Shown here one piece after another: positions 29,821 to 38,151 of a stretch of 64,000 bases of DNA (position 1 is the stretch's first letter; every line of letters begins with the position of its first letter). The notes under the pieces are model-generated. The model was not told the origin of the DNA. It searched no databases and saw only the letters and a program-made list of their open reading frames with translations. Source of the stretch: a virus; IMG/VR virus record IMGVR_UViG_3300047160_015156, positions 34,217 to 98,216 of that record. One strand, written 5' to 3'. Made by a program: the position numbers and the translations under genes.

Positions 29821-30789
29821 ATGAATCACCTGGTCCAGCATGTGACGAAGCCGGAGCTTCGAAGCGACAACACGCTCCATGTCATCGGCGTGACCTCGAA
29901 CCTCGAGCGCTGGAACAGTCGCTATCGCCTCGCCAGGGAGTGGATTGACCGCATGCGCGCGACGCCTTGCGTGTCTCTGCACCTGGTCGAGGCCGCGTAC
30001 GGTGATCGTCAACACGAGCTCGTGGAGGAGAAGGAGCACGGTCTCAGGCTCCGCGTCGACACCAACGCGTGGATCAAGGAGAACATGATCAACGTCGGGG
30101 TGAGGCACCTCCTCCCGTGCGATTGGCGGTACGTGGCCTGGATCGACACCGACATCGAGTTCCGGAATCCGTCGTGGGCTCAGGAGACGCTCCACCAACT
30201 CCAACACTTCGCCGTGGTTCAGCCGTGGAGTCATTGCGTTGACGTCGGGCACCGAGGCGCGGTCCTCGACACCCACGTCTCTTTCGGTTACTCGGATTGC
30301 ACGGGTGAGCGCCGGCGGAAGGGAACCTTCAACCCGAACGGCTACACCTACGGGCACACGGGCTATGCATGGGCGGCGACGCGGGGATGGTGGGAACAGG
30401 TCGAGGGTCTGATGGACTTCTGCATCCTCGGTTCCGCCGATCACCACATGGCGCTCGCGTGCGTGGGCGAGTCGGAGAAGACGATCCACTCCAAGATGAT
30501 CCCCTCGTTTTTCCGCCGGATCCTCGAGTGGGAGACGAGGGCTATGCGCGTTACCCACGGCGAGGTTGGCTTCGTCGAAGGCCGCATCGAGCATCACTTC
30601 CACGGCCCAAAGAAGCGTAGATACTACAAGGAGCGGTGGAAGATCCTGGTCGATGCCGGTTTCGATCCGGACAAGGATCTCATGCGTGATGAGCAAGGGG
30701 TCTTCAAGATCGTCGGAAAGCCCGCCCTCGAGCGGGCGATCAGGCAGTACAACAGGTCGAGGCTCGAGGACTCGATCGAGGAGACGTGA
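29821..30789 (+). CDS. GT-A-fold glycosyltransferase-like protein
   Basis: WIKENMIN, YVAWIDTD (DxD), GYAWA, ILGSADHHMA, HHFHG. Confidence 0.65.
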   Translation: MNHLVQHVTKPELRSDNTLHVIGVTSNLERWNSRYRLAREWIDRMRATPCVSLHLVEAAYGDRQHELVEEKEHGLRLRVDTNAWIKENMINVGVRHLLPCDWRYVAWIDTDIEFRNPSWAQETLHQLQHFAVVQPWSHCVDVGHRGAVLDTHVSFGYSDCTGERRRKGTFNPNGYTYGHTGYAWAATRGWWEQVEGLMDFCILGSADHHMALACVGESEKTIHSKMIPSFFRRILEWETRAMRVTHGEVGFVEGRIEHHFHGPKKRRYYKERWKILVDAGFDPDKDLMRDEQGVFKIVGKPALERAIRQYNRSRLEDSIEET

Positions 30790-31106
30790 GCGTGATGAAC
30801 AAGTTGAGTTTTGAGGAAAAGCTTTTGGTGATCGGCGACATCTACAGCCGTCTCTACATCACCGATCCGGCGACGTTCGTGACGCTCACCTACGACGTCA
30901 AGGCGAAGGCGGACGAGCGCTGGCGCTGTTCGGTATGGCTCGAGGGCATGGGGATCGATGCCTCCTACCAGGCGTCGACCGCGGACGCAGCCATCGAACA
31001 GGTGGCGGCGTTCACGGCGAAGAAAGCGACCTCCCTCCTTGCCCAACTCCCCGATCATCGCTCCATGAAAGAAGTTCGTGTCAGCCTCGCCAAGCTCGGA
31101 GCCTGA
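30786..31106 (+). CDS. hypothetical protein
   Basis: GTGA overlap. Confidence 0.5.
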   Translation: MSVMNKLSFEEKLLVIGDIYSRLYITDPATFVTLTYDVKAKADERWRCSVWLEGMGIDASYQASTADAAIEQVAAFTAKKATSLLAQLPDHRSMKEVRVSLAKLGA

Positions 31107-31416
31107 TTATTGCCGGCGAGCCCTCGCCCTCAAGCAAGAGCTCGCGACGTGGCCACCCCAAATCGGAGACATTCTCTCCTACAACTCGGGGTGGCCGGAG
31201 ACGTCGTGGGAGGGTGAGGTGAAGGCGGTCATCGACGACAAAGTCACTGTTGTCCTACAGCGATACGGGTCGGAGGACATGCTCGGTTTCGAGGTTCGTA
31301 CGCGTTACGAGTTCGACACATGGACGCAGTTCCTGGTTTGGGGACGGCAAGGGGTCATCGACCCTACACCGGCGCCGCTGAGGAAGGGGCCGTTGCCCGA
31401 GGAGTTCTTTTTCTGA
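31078..31416 (+). CDS. hypothetical protein
   Basis: ORF fills the gap in the operon. Confidence 0.45.
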   Translation: MSASPSSEPDYCRRALALKQELATWPPQIGDILSYNSGWPETSWEGEVKAVIDDKVTVVLQRYGSEDMLGFEVRTRYEFDTWTQFLVWGRQGVIDPTPAPLRKGPLPEEFFF

Positions 31417-31499
31417 TTCGATGACCGAAACGGCGGCATCTTTGGTTTGTTTTTGAAGCTTCTTCACAACTTCAAAACGAAAGAAAGCTGGGTTCAAAC

Positions 31500-32351
31500 A
31501 TGGGTTTTGGAAAAAAGTCTGCGGAGTCATTCGATTCCAACAAGGTTTACGATCTCGCCGCGAAGGCAATGCGCGAGCGCCGCTCCTCCGTGGTGCGTCT
31601 CGCATTCCGTCTTCACCTTGGCTCGTGTTTGATGAATCACTTCTCGAACAAGGCTATCTGTCAGATGCTCGAGAAGATGGTGGGTATTTCGAAGCCGAAG
31701 GAGCAGAAGGACCTCACGAAGTCCTACCTCGACTCTCACTATCGCAATATCAACGATGACCTCGTTGTTCCTTGTCGCATCATCAAGGCAGCGATCGTCG
31801 AGGGTGCGATCTCGACGGGGAAGGCGGTGTCGAAGGCGGAGTTGAAACGCGATCTTCGCGTCATCGGCTTCACCGCCCCCATCACGCTCCCGAAGGGCGT
31901 CAAGAGCACGACGATGGACGTGCGCTTGGTCCGCAACATGACCGGAGTTCCCGACGTGCGCGCCCGCGCCCTCATTCCCGAGGGCTCCACCGTGGACTTC
32001 GTCGTTCAGTTCCCGACGACACTGTCACCGGACAAGGTCATTGCCGCGCTAGAGGGTGCGGGTCAGTCCATCGGGATCTTCGACTTCCGCCCGGAGAAGG
32101 GCGGTGATCAGGGTACGTTTGAGGTCGAACTCCTCTCCGAGGACAAGATCGACGCTATCGTCCAGTCGTGCATGGCCCCGGAGAAGCCGTATCTGCTTCC
32201 GACCGAGCTCCTCCAGGCCTATAACTCCAACCTCACTGAGAACCAGGAGAAGATGGTGAAGGATCTCAGTGACGCGGAGAAGAAGGCGAAGAGCCTTGTC
32301 GAGCACGTCAACGGTCAGGGGAAGACGAAGCGCTCTCAAGTGGAGGTGTAG
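31500..32351 (+). CDS. solitary Cas7/RAMP-like protein, candidate RNA-guided effector
   Basis: N-terminal strand RLAFRLHLGSCLMNHF, VPCRIIKAAIVEGA helix, VR...PDVRARA thumb, C-terminal Gly-rich loop AGQSIGIFDFRPEKGGDQGTFEV; no cas1/2/3/5/6 in the window. Confidence 0.75.
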   Translation: MGFGKKSAESFDSNKVYDLAAKAMRERRSSVVRLAFRLHLGSCLMNHFSNKAICQMLEKMVGISKPKEQKDLTKSYLDSHYRNINDDLVVPCRIIKAAIVEGAISTGKAVSKAELKRDLRVIGFTAPITLPKGVKSTTMDVRLVRNMTGVPDVRARALIPEGSTVDFVVQFPTTLSPDKVIAALEGAGQSIGIFDFRPEKGGDQGTFEVELLSEDKIDAIVQSCMAPEKPYLLPTELLQAYNSNLTENQEKMVKDLSDAEKKAKSLVEHVNGQGKTKRSQVEV

Positions 32352-32358
32352 GAACTTT

Positions 32359-32405
32359 GGGAGACGCGCGAGGGTCCTAACCCACCCCTCGCGCAAGGTT
32401 CTCCC
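32359..32405 (+). other. leader stem-loop of the pentamer array
   Basis: GGGAGA/TCTCCC outer and GCGCGAGGG/CCCTCGCGC inner inverted repeats. Confidence 0.7.
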
Positions 32406-32413
32406 TCAGTCGA

Positions 32414-32900
32414 GGCATGGCTGGTGAGACATGGAGTGGTTTGCTCAGGCATCGTTCACATCGGTTGGGTACGGCGCGAGTGGTAAGGCAGGCAGCGTAA
32501 GCAAGGGTCCGGTCGTGAAGTGGTCCGGTAAGGTTGGGTAGGTCGTTCAAGGCAGGTGGGGCGCGGTGAGAACTGGCGGGGTCCGGCGGGTCGAGTTCCG
32601 ATCCGGTATGGCAGGCTAGGTTAGGTTTGTCGTGAAGGGGTCCGGTACGGTTGGGTAAGGCAGGCTAGGTATGGCGCGCGACGTCATCGTTGGGTGCGTT
32701 AGGTGCGCCTCGGTAGGTCAAGGCAGGCGCGGTTTGGAATAGGTCCGGTAGTCGAAGGGCACGGTACGTGAAGTCCACGACCGGTGTGGCGAGGCAGGCT
32801 CGGAGGGGCGAATTATTCCCCGGTTCGGCTGCGTAGGGCAAGGACAGGCAACGCAGGCAAGGAACGTTAGGGCAGGGCAAGGCTAGCCCGGCCGGTACGA
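32414..32900 (+). ncRNA. non-coding GGY-NN pentamer array, ~8 units delimited by GGCAGG; putative guide-RNA array
   Basis: GGCAGG at 32487, 32551, 32610, 32659, 32722, 32793 (variant 32852); e.g. GGCA GGCTA GGTTA GGTTT GTCGT GAAGG GGTCC GGTAC GGTTG GGTAA; no + strand ORF in the track. Confidence 0.75.
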
Positions 32901-32915
32901 CAGGAAAGGTGTAAG

Positions 32916-33503
32916 ATGTCAAAGAAAAACGAGAAAACGGAGATCAAGTACGAGGTAAAAGGCTACCTCGCCGAGGATGCGAAAGTCATCGGTGAAGAGC
33001 TTTGCAAGATGGCCAAAGGAGGTGACATCCAAGCCCTGGACAAGCGCGAGGTTTTCGAGACCATACGCGATAATCCTCGTCACCCTCTTCGTCGTTTTTT
33101 CAACTGGGATGAGAGTGAAGCTGCGTACCAGCATTGGATCTCGCAGACGGCGAATCTCATTCGAAGCGTTCGCGTCTTCTACGTTCCCGTGCGTTCCTTC
33201 GAGAAGCAGCTGCCTCCAACCGTGACCAAGCTTGGTCCTGAATACCGACGCGCGAAGCTCGAGAACGGGAACCAGGGCTACGTCAACGTCCAGAATGCGG
33301 CGGCGGCAAAGAACCCGCGTGTTTTCGACTCCATGATCGCACTCCAGGTCAACAGCGTCCGTAACGCCGTCCGTACTCTCACGCAGACGGCCGAGCACAA
33401 GCCGGGGGAGGGGCCTCTTTCGACTCTCATCCGGGAGCTCCAAGTTGCGATCTCGAAGTACGAGGACGCGACCACCACCATCGACGCAGCCGCCGAGGAA
33501 TGA
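32916..33503 (+). CDS. accessory protein of the RAMP/array locus
   Basis: DAKVIGEEL...HPLRRFFNWDESEAAYQHWISQTANLIRSV; RBS AGGAAAGGT at the array end. Confidence 0.7.
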   Translation: MSKKNEKTEIKYEVKGYLAEDAKVIGEELCKMAKGGDIQALDKREVFETIRDNPRHPLRRFFNWDESEAAYQHWISQTANLIRSVRVFYVPVRSFEKQLPPTVTKLGPEYRRAKLENGNQGYVNVQNAAAAKNPRVFDSMIALQVNSVRNAVRTLTQTAEHKPGEGPLSTLIRELQVAISKYEDATTTIDAAAEE

Positions 33504-33515
33504 AGAGAAGAACGA

Positions 33516-33779
33516 ATGAAAGATCTCGAAGTCCTCACCCCACCACCGACCCGCCTCCAAAAGGATTTGGAGAGGGCTCAGAAGGAGCTACAGGAGCTTT
33601 TCACCTGCGTCGCCTGCTCTTCCATCTCCGAACCGGGACAGCTCACGTACGAGGGCTCTGAGCTCCGCCGCTACCTCAGGTGCTTCGAGGAGAAGGCTAT
33701 CGGGACTGGCTCAATCGCATCACGCACACGGCCACGGGGGTTACCGCCGCCACCCACAACGCGGCCATCGAATTGCTGA
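33516..33779 (+). CDS. hypothetical protein
   Basis: ORF in operon. Confidence 0.4.
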   Translation: MKDLEVLTPPPTRLQKDLERAQKELQELFTCVACSSISEPGQLTYEGSELRRYLRCFEEKAIGTGSIASRTRPRGLPPPPTTRPSNC

Positions 33780-33819
33780 ACGTTCTCAACTTCCCACAAG
33801 AGTGGAAGGGTCCTAAGCC

Positions 33820-34386
33820 TTGAAGCCGAAGAAGAAGCCGAAGCCGCAGTACCAGCCGGCAAAAGTCGTACCAGTCCTCGAAGCCGCGATCGCGTATTGG
33901 ACGGGACAGCTCGTCCCCCAGGACAAGCGCGAAGACTTCAGGAACGAGCTCTCGAAGCTCCTCTACCGCGAAGCCGAGAAGGACCCCGCCCTCGTCTTCT
34001 ACGACCACGACGGCCAAGCGGGGCAACCCCTACGCCTCAACGTCGACTACGACCCGCAAGGCATCCTCCTGACCGCGATCAGGAACGTGGGCATCGAGTG
34101 CCAGGGCGTGTTCTTCTCCGCCCAAGGTCTCTTCCCCTATAAGACCAGAACCTACATCCGTGCAGGAAGGTTTTGGGTGAGCGAGGGTTACGGGTCGAAG
34201 CACTTCCAAGTCCACCCCAAGCTCCCATCCCAAACCTCCACCATTCCGGGCCCACGGTCTCTTTGCGACGCCTGCTATGAGCAGGAGCAGATCCAAGCCG
34301 ATAACTGCAGACGGCAGACACGAGGCGAGTGTACATGCCCCCCGGTCATCTGCGAACACGAGCACGCGGCATCTTCGAGGACATGA
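33820..34386 (+). CDS. hypothetical protein
   Basis: LNVDYDPQGILLTA...FPYKT. Confidence 0.6.
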   Translation: MKPKKKPKPQYQPAKVVPVLEAAIAYWTGQLVPQDKREDFRNELSKLLYREAEKDPALVFYDHDGQAGQPLRLNVDYDPQGILLTAIRNVGIECQGVFFSAQGLFPYKTRTYIRAGRFWVSEGYGSKHFQVHPKLPSQTSTIPGPRSLCDACYEQEQIQADNCRRQTRGECTCPPVICEHEHAASSRT

Positions 34387-34661
34387 AGTTCGACAAGCAA
34401 GGAAAGAGGGCCTCGGACATCATCAAGGTCACGATCCGCGAGTTCATCAAAGACAACCTCGGTACTTCCCTCACCGAAGCCAAGGAAGCCCAGCTCCGCG
34501 AAGAGCTCGCGACGAAGATCGAGCTCGCCCTCAAGAAGGAGATGGATGTGCAGGAGGATGAGCGTGAGTGGCTCTTCGACAGCGAGTGTGAGCTGATCGC
34601 AGCCGTCATCGTCCACGTCTCCTCCTTCTACGGTCACGTAGTCCCCAAGAGCGCGTCGTGA
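34383..34661 (+). CDS. hypothetical protein
   Basis: ATG 9 nt after GCGGCATC. Confidence 0.6.
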   Translation: MKFDKQGKRASDIIKVTIREFIKDNLGTSLTEAKEAQLREELATKIELALKKEMDVQEDEREWLFDSECELIAAVIVHVSSFYGHVVPKSAS

Positions 34662-35053
34662 AGTACAAGGGAACCGCCGTCAACATCACCTTAGTCGTCG
34701 ACGGTGTCACGATCTCCCTCGGACCCGGAGAGTGGGAAGCGGAGAGAACGGAGGCGGTGTGCGACTGCCACGCCTACGGAAACGAGATCGTCCCCCACAA
34801 CGACTGGTGCGCGACGAAGCAGAAGAACCGTGTCGACCATGTCGTCCTCAAGCCGACGAGCCAGGGCCTCATCCAAAGACCGAAGCACCCCATGTACGGC
34901 GGTCTCGGATTCGGTCCCGTCCCCCTCACGAAGTGGACGTGCAGAAGGTGCCTCACCTTCGGGCATCGAGTCCCCACCGACTCCCCGATAGACCAACGTC
35001 CATGTCCGCACCGGAGGTGCGAGGGCCCCCACGATTGGATCAAGGAGCTATGA
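34658..35053 (+). CDS. hypothetical Cys-containing protein
   Basis: GTGA overlap. Confidence 0.5.
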   Translation: MKYKGTAVNITLVVDGVTISLGPGEWEAERTEAVCDCHAYGNEIVPHNDWCATKQKNRVDHVVLKPTSQGLIQRPKHPMYGGLGFGPVPLTKWTCRRCLTFGHRVPTDSPIDQRPCPHRRCEGPHDWIKEL

Positions 35054-35247
35054 CCCCACACGAAGCACAAGGACGATACGGCGACTACCGGAAGGGATGG
35101 CTCGCCGGCGTGAGGAACGATCGAGCTCCCTTCGACGCCATGTACCGGGACGAGTACCAACGTGGTCTCGAGGACGGGAAGAAAGCCTACTCCGAGGCGA
35201 TGGTGAAGGAACACGAGAGACTCCTGGTCATCGTCAACAACTTGTAA
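35050..35247 (+). CDS. hypothetical protein
   Basis: YRKGWLAG...YQRGLEDG; ATGA overlap. Confidence 0.55.
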   Translation: MTPHEAQGRYGDYRKGWLAGVRNDRAPFDAMYRDEYQRGLEDGKKAYSEAMVKEHERLLVIVNNL

Positions 35248-35287
35248 TCACTTGCACTTACGCTAGGGCACACCGCAAACTGAAGGC

Positions 35288-35917
35288 ATGGCTCGGCATC
35301 GAACATCGCCTAAGTTGGTGAAAGCACGAAGGGAAGCGGCGAAGGCTCTGCACGATGACCGGGCGTCGGAGAAGCAGGAGCGAGAGGTCGCTCACCTGGC
35401 CGCGGGGATCATCTCGCAGGTGGAGCTCGAGAGGGAGCGCCGGAACCAGCTCATCGAACAGCTCATCATCGAGGGGACGGATTCGTACACGATCTGGCGA
35501 GTAGGTCGGGAACGATTCCCCACGCTCACCCATGATCAAGTCCGGCACCAGATGGAGAAGATCCGGATCAAGTGGCGCGAGGAGAACCGGTTCGAGCTCG
35601 AGGTCCAACGCTACGCCTCCCTCGAGCGCCTCCACATGCTCCGCCGTGGAGCTTTGGGAGAGCAGCCACCGAACCGAGCCCTCGCCCTCAAGTGCGAGAA
35701 GGAGATCAACCGACTCCTGGGTGTGGTCCAGCCTCCGAAGCAACAGGGCAACGAAGTCCACATCCACTCCCACGCCCTCATGGCCGTCATCGGCGGCATC
35801 GACCCCGAACAGGCGGCCGCTCTACTCGAGGAGCAGAAGGAGCAGGAGAGACTCGCGCAGGTGGCGAGGACGCTACTCCCGGCCGTCGTGACAGTGGAGC
35901 CGGAGAAGAAAGGCTGA
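35288..35917 (+). CDS. putative terminase small subunit
   Basis: HTH-like region then LERL..L...A...ALALKCEKEINRLLGVVQP and a beta tail, typical TerS layout. Confidence 0.55.
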   Translation: MARHRTSPKLVKARREAAKALHDDRASEKQEREVAHLAAGIISQVELERERRNQLIEQLIIEGTDSYTIWRVGRERFPTLTHDQVRHQMEKIRIKWREENRFELEVQRYASLERLHMLRRGALGEQPPNRALALKCEKEINRLLGVVQPPKQQGNEVHIHSHALMAVIGGIDPEQAAALLEEQKEQERLAQVARTLLPAVVTVEPEKKG

Positions 35918-35958
35918 ACATCGATGTTCAGGCGCCGCATATTGATCTCGTGAAGATC

Positions 35959-36390
35959 ATGCGTTCGTGTTCGCATTGTGGGAGTCGGGAGAGGATTCGC
36001 ATCGCTGGGAAGGTGTGGACTTGCGCCTGCTACTTGGGGCGTGTTTGGCCTGAACGTATTCTCGCGAGTTTGAAGCATCGCGCGAAGGGCAAGGGCCTCG
36101 AGTTCACCATCACGGCGGAGTGGATTCGAGCGGAGTTCGAGAAGCGTCCTTTCTGCTTCTACACGCACGTACCTTTGGTTCCTCGCAGCGGACCGGGACA
36201 TCGAAGGCCCGATTCTCCGTCTCTCGACCGCATCGACAACGCCAAGGGTTACACCCCTGACAACGTACGCTTGACGAGCTGGTTTTGGAACGCGGCACGC
36301 GGGGGAAGCGTCCGTGGAAGAGACGTTGACGATGCTTCGCGAGATCGGCACGAATCTCCTCATCGGAACCGCGGCATCTTCCCCGCATGA
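35959..36390 (+). CDS. HNH-type endonuclease, C-terminus possibly frameshifted
   Basis: RAKGKGLEFTIT, CFYT, SPSLDRIDNAKGYTPDNV...N; G5 run at 36301-36305; start uncertain. Confidence 0.7.
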   Translation: MRSCSHCGSRERIRIAGKVWTCACYLGRVWPERILASLKHRAKGKGLEFTITAEWIRAEFEKRPFCFYTHVPLVPRSGPGHRRPDSPSLDRIDNAKGYTPDNVRLTSWFWNAARGGSVRGRDVDDASRDRHESPHRNRGIFPA

Positions 36391-36659
36391 AGTCGAAGCT
36401 CCAAGCCATCTACCGCGAAGAGAAGCTCACGAGTTGGGAAGGACCGGAGACGGACCAGAAGGCCACCATCTCCGACAGTGACCCCAACTTCGTCGAGCTC
36501 CGCATCAAGGGCCTCGACCCCGACACCGCGCTCACGTTCGAGGACAGGTGCATCCACGCCACCATCCTCGTGGACAAGAAGGGACTCGCCGAGCTCTTCG
36601 AGGTCATCTCCCTGGCCATGGTGCACCAGGCGCAGCGGGAGAAGGAGCTGAGCCGATGA
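36387..36659 (+). CDS. hypothetical protein
   Basis: ATG 8 nt after GCGGCATC. Confidence 0.6.
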   Translation: MKSKLQAIYREEKLTSWEGPETDQKATISDSDPNFVELRIKGLDPDTALTFEDRCIHATILVDKKGLAELFEVISLAMVHQAQREKELSR

Positions 36660-36955
36660 AGTACGAGTACGTGATGGGTACGAAACCGGTGGAAGTGAAA
36701 CCAATCGTGGAAGTGCGAACCACTTTCCAGATGCTCGGCTCCTATCACGAGATCACGGTCTCGGACAAGAGCCCACACGCGACGCTTCGTGTTTCCTCCT
36801 TCGTCGACTCGAAAGAGTCGTTCGAGTGCAGGATTACGAGGGGGAGCCTCCACGATCTGCGAAAGGTCATCGACCAAGCCCTGGAGCACATGGACAAGGC
36901 CGAAGCCGAACGTGTGAACAAGCTCTCGCGGGAGCTCGAGGAGCGGATGAAGTGA
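36656..36955 (+). CDS. hypothetical protein
   Basis: ATGA overlap. Confidence 0.55.
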   Translation: MKYEYVMGTKPVEVKPIVEVRTTFQMLGSYHEITVSDKSPHATLRVSSFVDSKESFECRITRGSLHDLRKVIDQALEHMDKAEAERVNKLSRELEERMK

Positions 36956-37200
36956 TGGGCAAGCCGGATTGGCCCGTACGTCCGGTCATCGCCGAAGCCG
37001 TGAAGGACGCAGCCGAGAATCCCGGACGTGATCTCACGGTCACGGCTGACCCCGACACCGTCATCATCGCCCTCGTCCGCAGACTCGGTGGACGATCGGC
37101 GACGTTCACGGCCGACGAGCTCGCGCGCGCGAAACAGCTCACCCTCGACCTCCGCAGCGACGGCCACACTCTTCAACTGCGGGTTTTCGACGACACGTGA
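36955..37200 (+). CDS. hypothetical protein
   Basis: TGATG coupling. Confidence 0.55.
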   Translation: MGKPDWPVRPVIAEAVKDAAENPGRDLTVTADPDTVIIALVRRLGGRSATFTADELARAKQLTLDLRSDGHTLQLRVFDDT

Positions 37201-37613
37201 GGGAGCCGCTGATCGTGTGGGTCCCGACGGCACTTCAAGGCGTCATCAGACAGGTGAGGGAGGAGCGGATGAAGAACGTGCAGTTTTGGTGGGACGAACT
37301 CCAGGACGGGGACCGAACCGATGTCCTCGTTCACCAGGTGTCGCGGGTGGGCGATCGCTTCCATATCTTCGGCAACGACCGAATGTTCATCGTTCCTCCG
37401 CGTAGGCGCCTCGTGGACGCGTTTATCGCCCTGGTCCCTCATGGCAGGTACCCCCTGCCCGAAGGTCGCGTGGACGTCCTCCTACGTGACGGGACGCCGC
37501 TCGAGGTCGGGCAGGTCCTTCCCCCCGAGGTCTACATCGTTCGCGTCGAAACTCCGTTGTCCAAGGGACAGAGCAACTGGGCCGGGATCGAGCTCGTCTT
37601 CGAGAACACATGA
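37197..37613 (+). CDS. hypothetical protein
   Basis: GTGA overlap. Confidence 0.5.
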   Translation: MREPLIVWVPTALQGVIRQVREERMKNVQFWWDELQDGDRTDVLVHQVSRVGDRFHIFGNDRMFIVPPRRRLVDAFIALVPHGRYPLPEGRVDVLLRDGTPLEVGQVLPPEVYIVRVETPLSKGQSNWAGIELVFENT

Positions 37614-37900
37614 CCGTCTACGTCGACGAGCTCGAGGTCTATCCGAACGCATGGGGGCCGTTTCTCAAGGGAAGCTGTCACATGTACGTGGAGCCGGGAA
37701 CGGACATCGAGGAGCTTCATCGCATGGCGGTGAAGATCGGGATGAAGCGCGCTTGGTTCCAACAGGACCGAACGCTTCCCCATTACGACCTCGTGCCGTC
37801 GAAGCGGGCGAAGGCTGTACGCGAGGGAGCGAAAGAACATGGGAGGCAAGAGATGGTCGAGGTCATGAGAGCGTGGCGCGCACATTGGGGAGCCCGATGA
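37610..37900 (+). CDS. DUF4031-like protein
   Basis: MTVYVD...CHM...EELHRMAVKIGMKRAWFQ...HYDL...RAKAVREGA. Confidence 0.85.
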   Translation: MTVYVDELEVYPNAWGPFLKGSCHMYVEPGTDIEELHRMAVKIGMKRAWFQQDRTLPHYDLVPSKRAKAVREGAKEHGRQEMVEVMRAWRAHWGAR

Positions 37901-38151
37901 CCCCCTTCGTCAGCGAGTGCATCGGCATGGCCGGATTCGCCACCAACGTCCTTGGGAACATGCTGCTTACGCGCAAGAACAAGCACGGGTGGTGGATTCG
38001 CATCGTCTCGAACCTTCTCTGGACCGTGTACGCGGGCACGACCGCGGCATTCTCCGTCAACGTCAACCACGCCGTCTTCTTCCTCATCAACATCTACGGG
38101 TGGTGGAAGTGGGTGAAGACGAGCGAGAGGGAAGGGGTAGCACCGGAATGA
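37897..38151 (+). CDS. PnuC-like half-transporter (3 TM)
   Basis: LLTRKNKHGWW...INIYGWWKW. Confidence 0.65.
   Translation: MTPFVSECIGMAGFATNVLGNMLLTRKNKHGWWIRIVSNLLWTVYAGTTAAFSVNVNHAVFFLINIYGWWKWVKTSEREGVAPE

Noticed and set aside
32793-32851. Self-target: NN string AT,CC,TC,TG,AG,AA resembles ATCCCTCCTGAGAAA in the module near 56545
   Set aside because: The match needs inconsistent gap sizes, so it is not credible without a systematic search. I found no convincing target in the window by eye.
32414-32900. Classical CRISPR array
   Set aside because: There are no identical 25-40-nt repeats separated by unique spacers; the conservation is a 5-nt periodic pattern, and no cas1/cas2 is present.
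32665-32922. 85-aa minus-strand ORF across the array
   Set aside because: Opposite to the local gene orientation, with a low-complexity product best explained as a by-product of the pentamer repeat.
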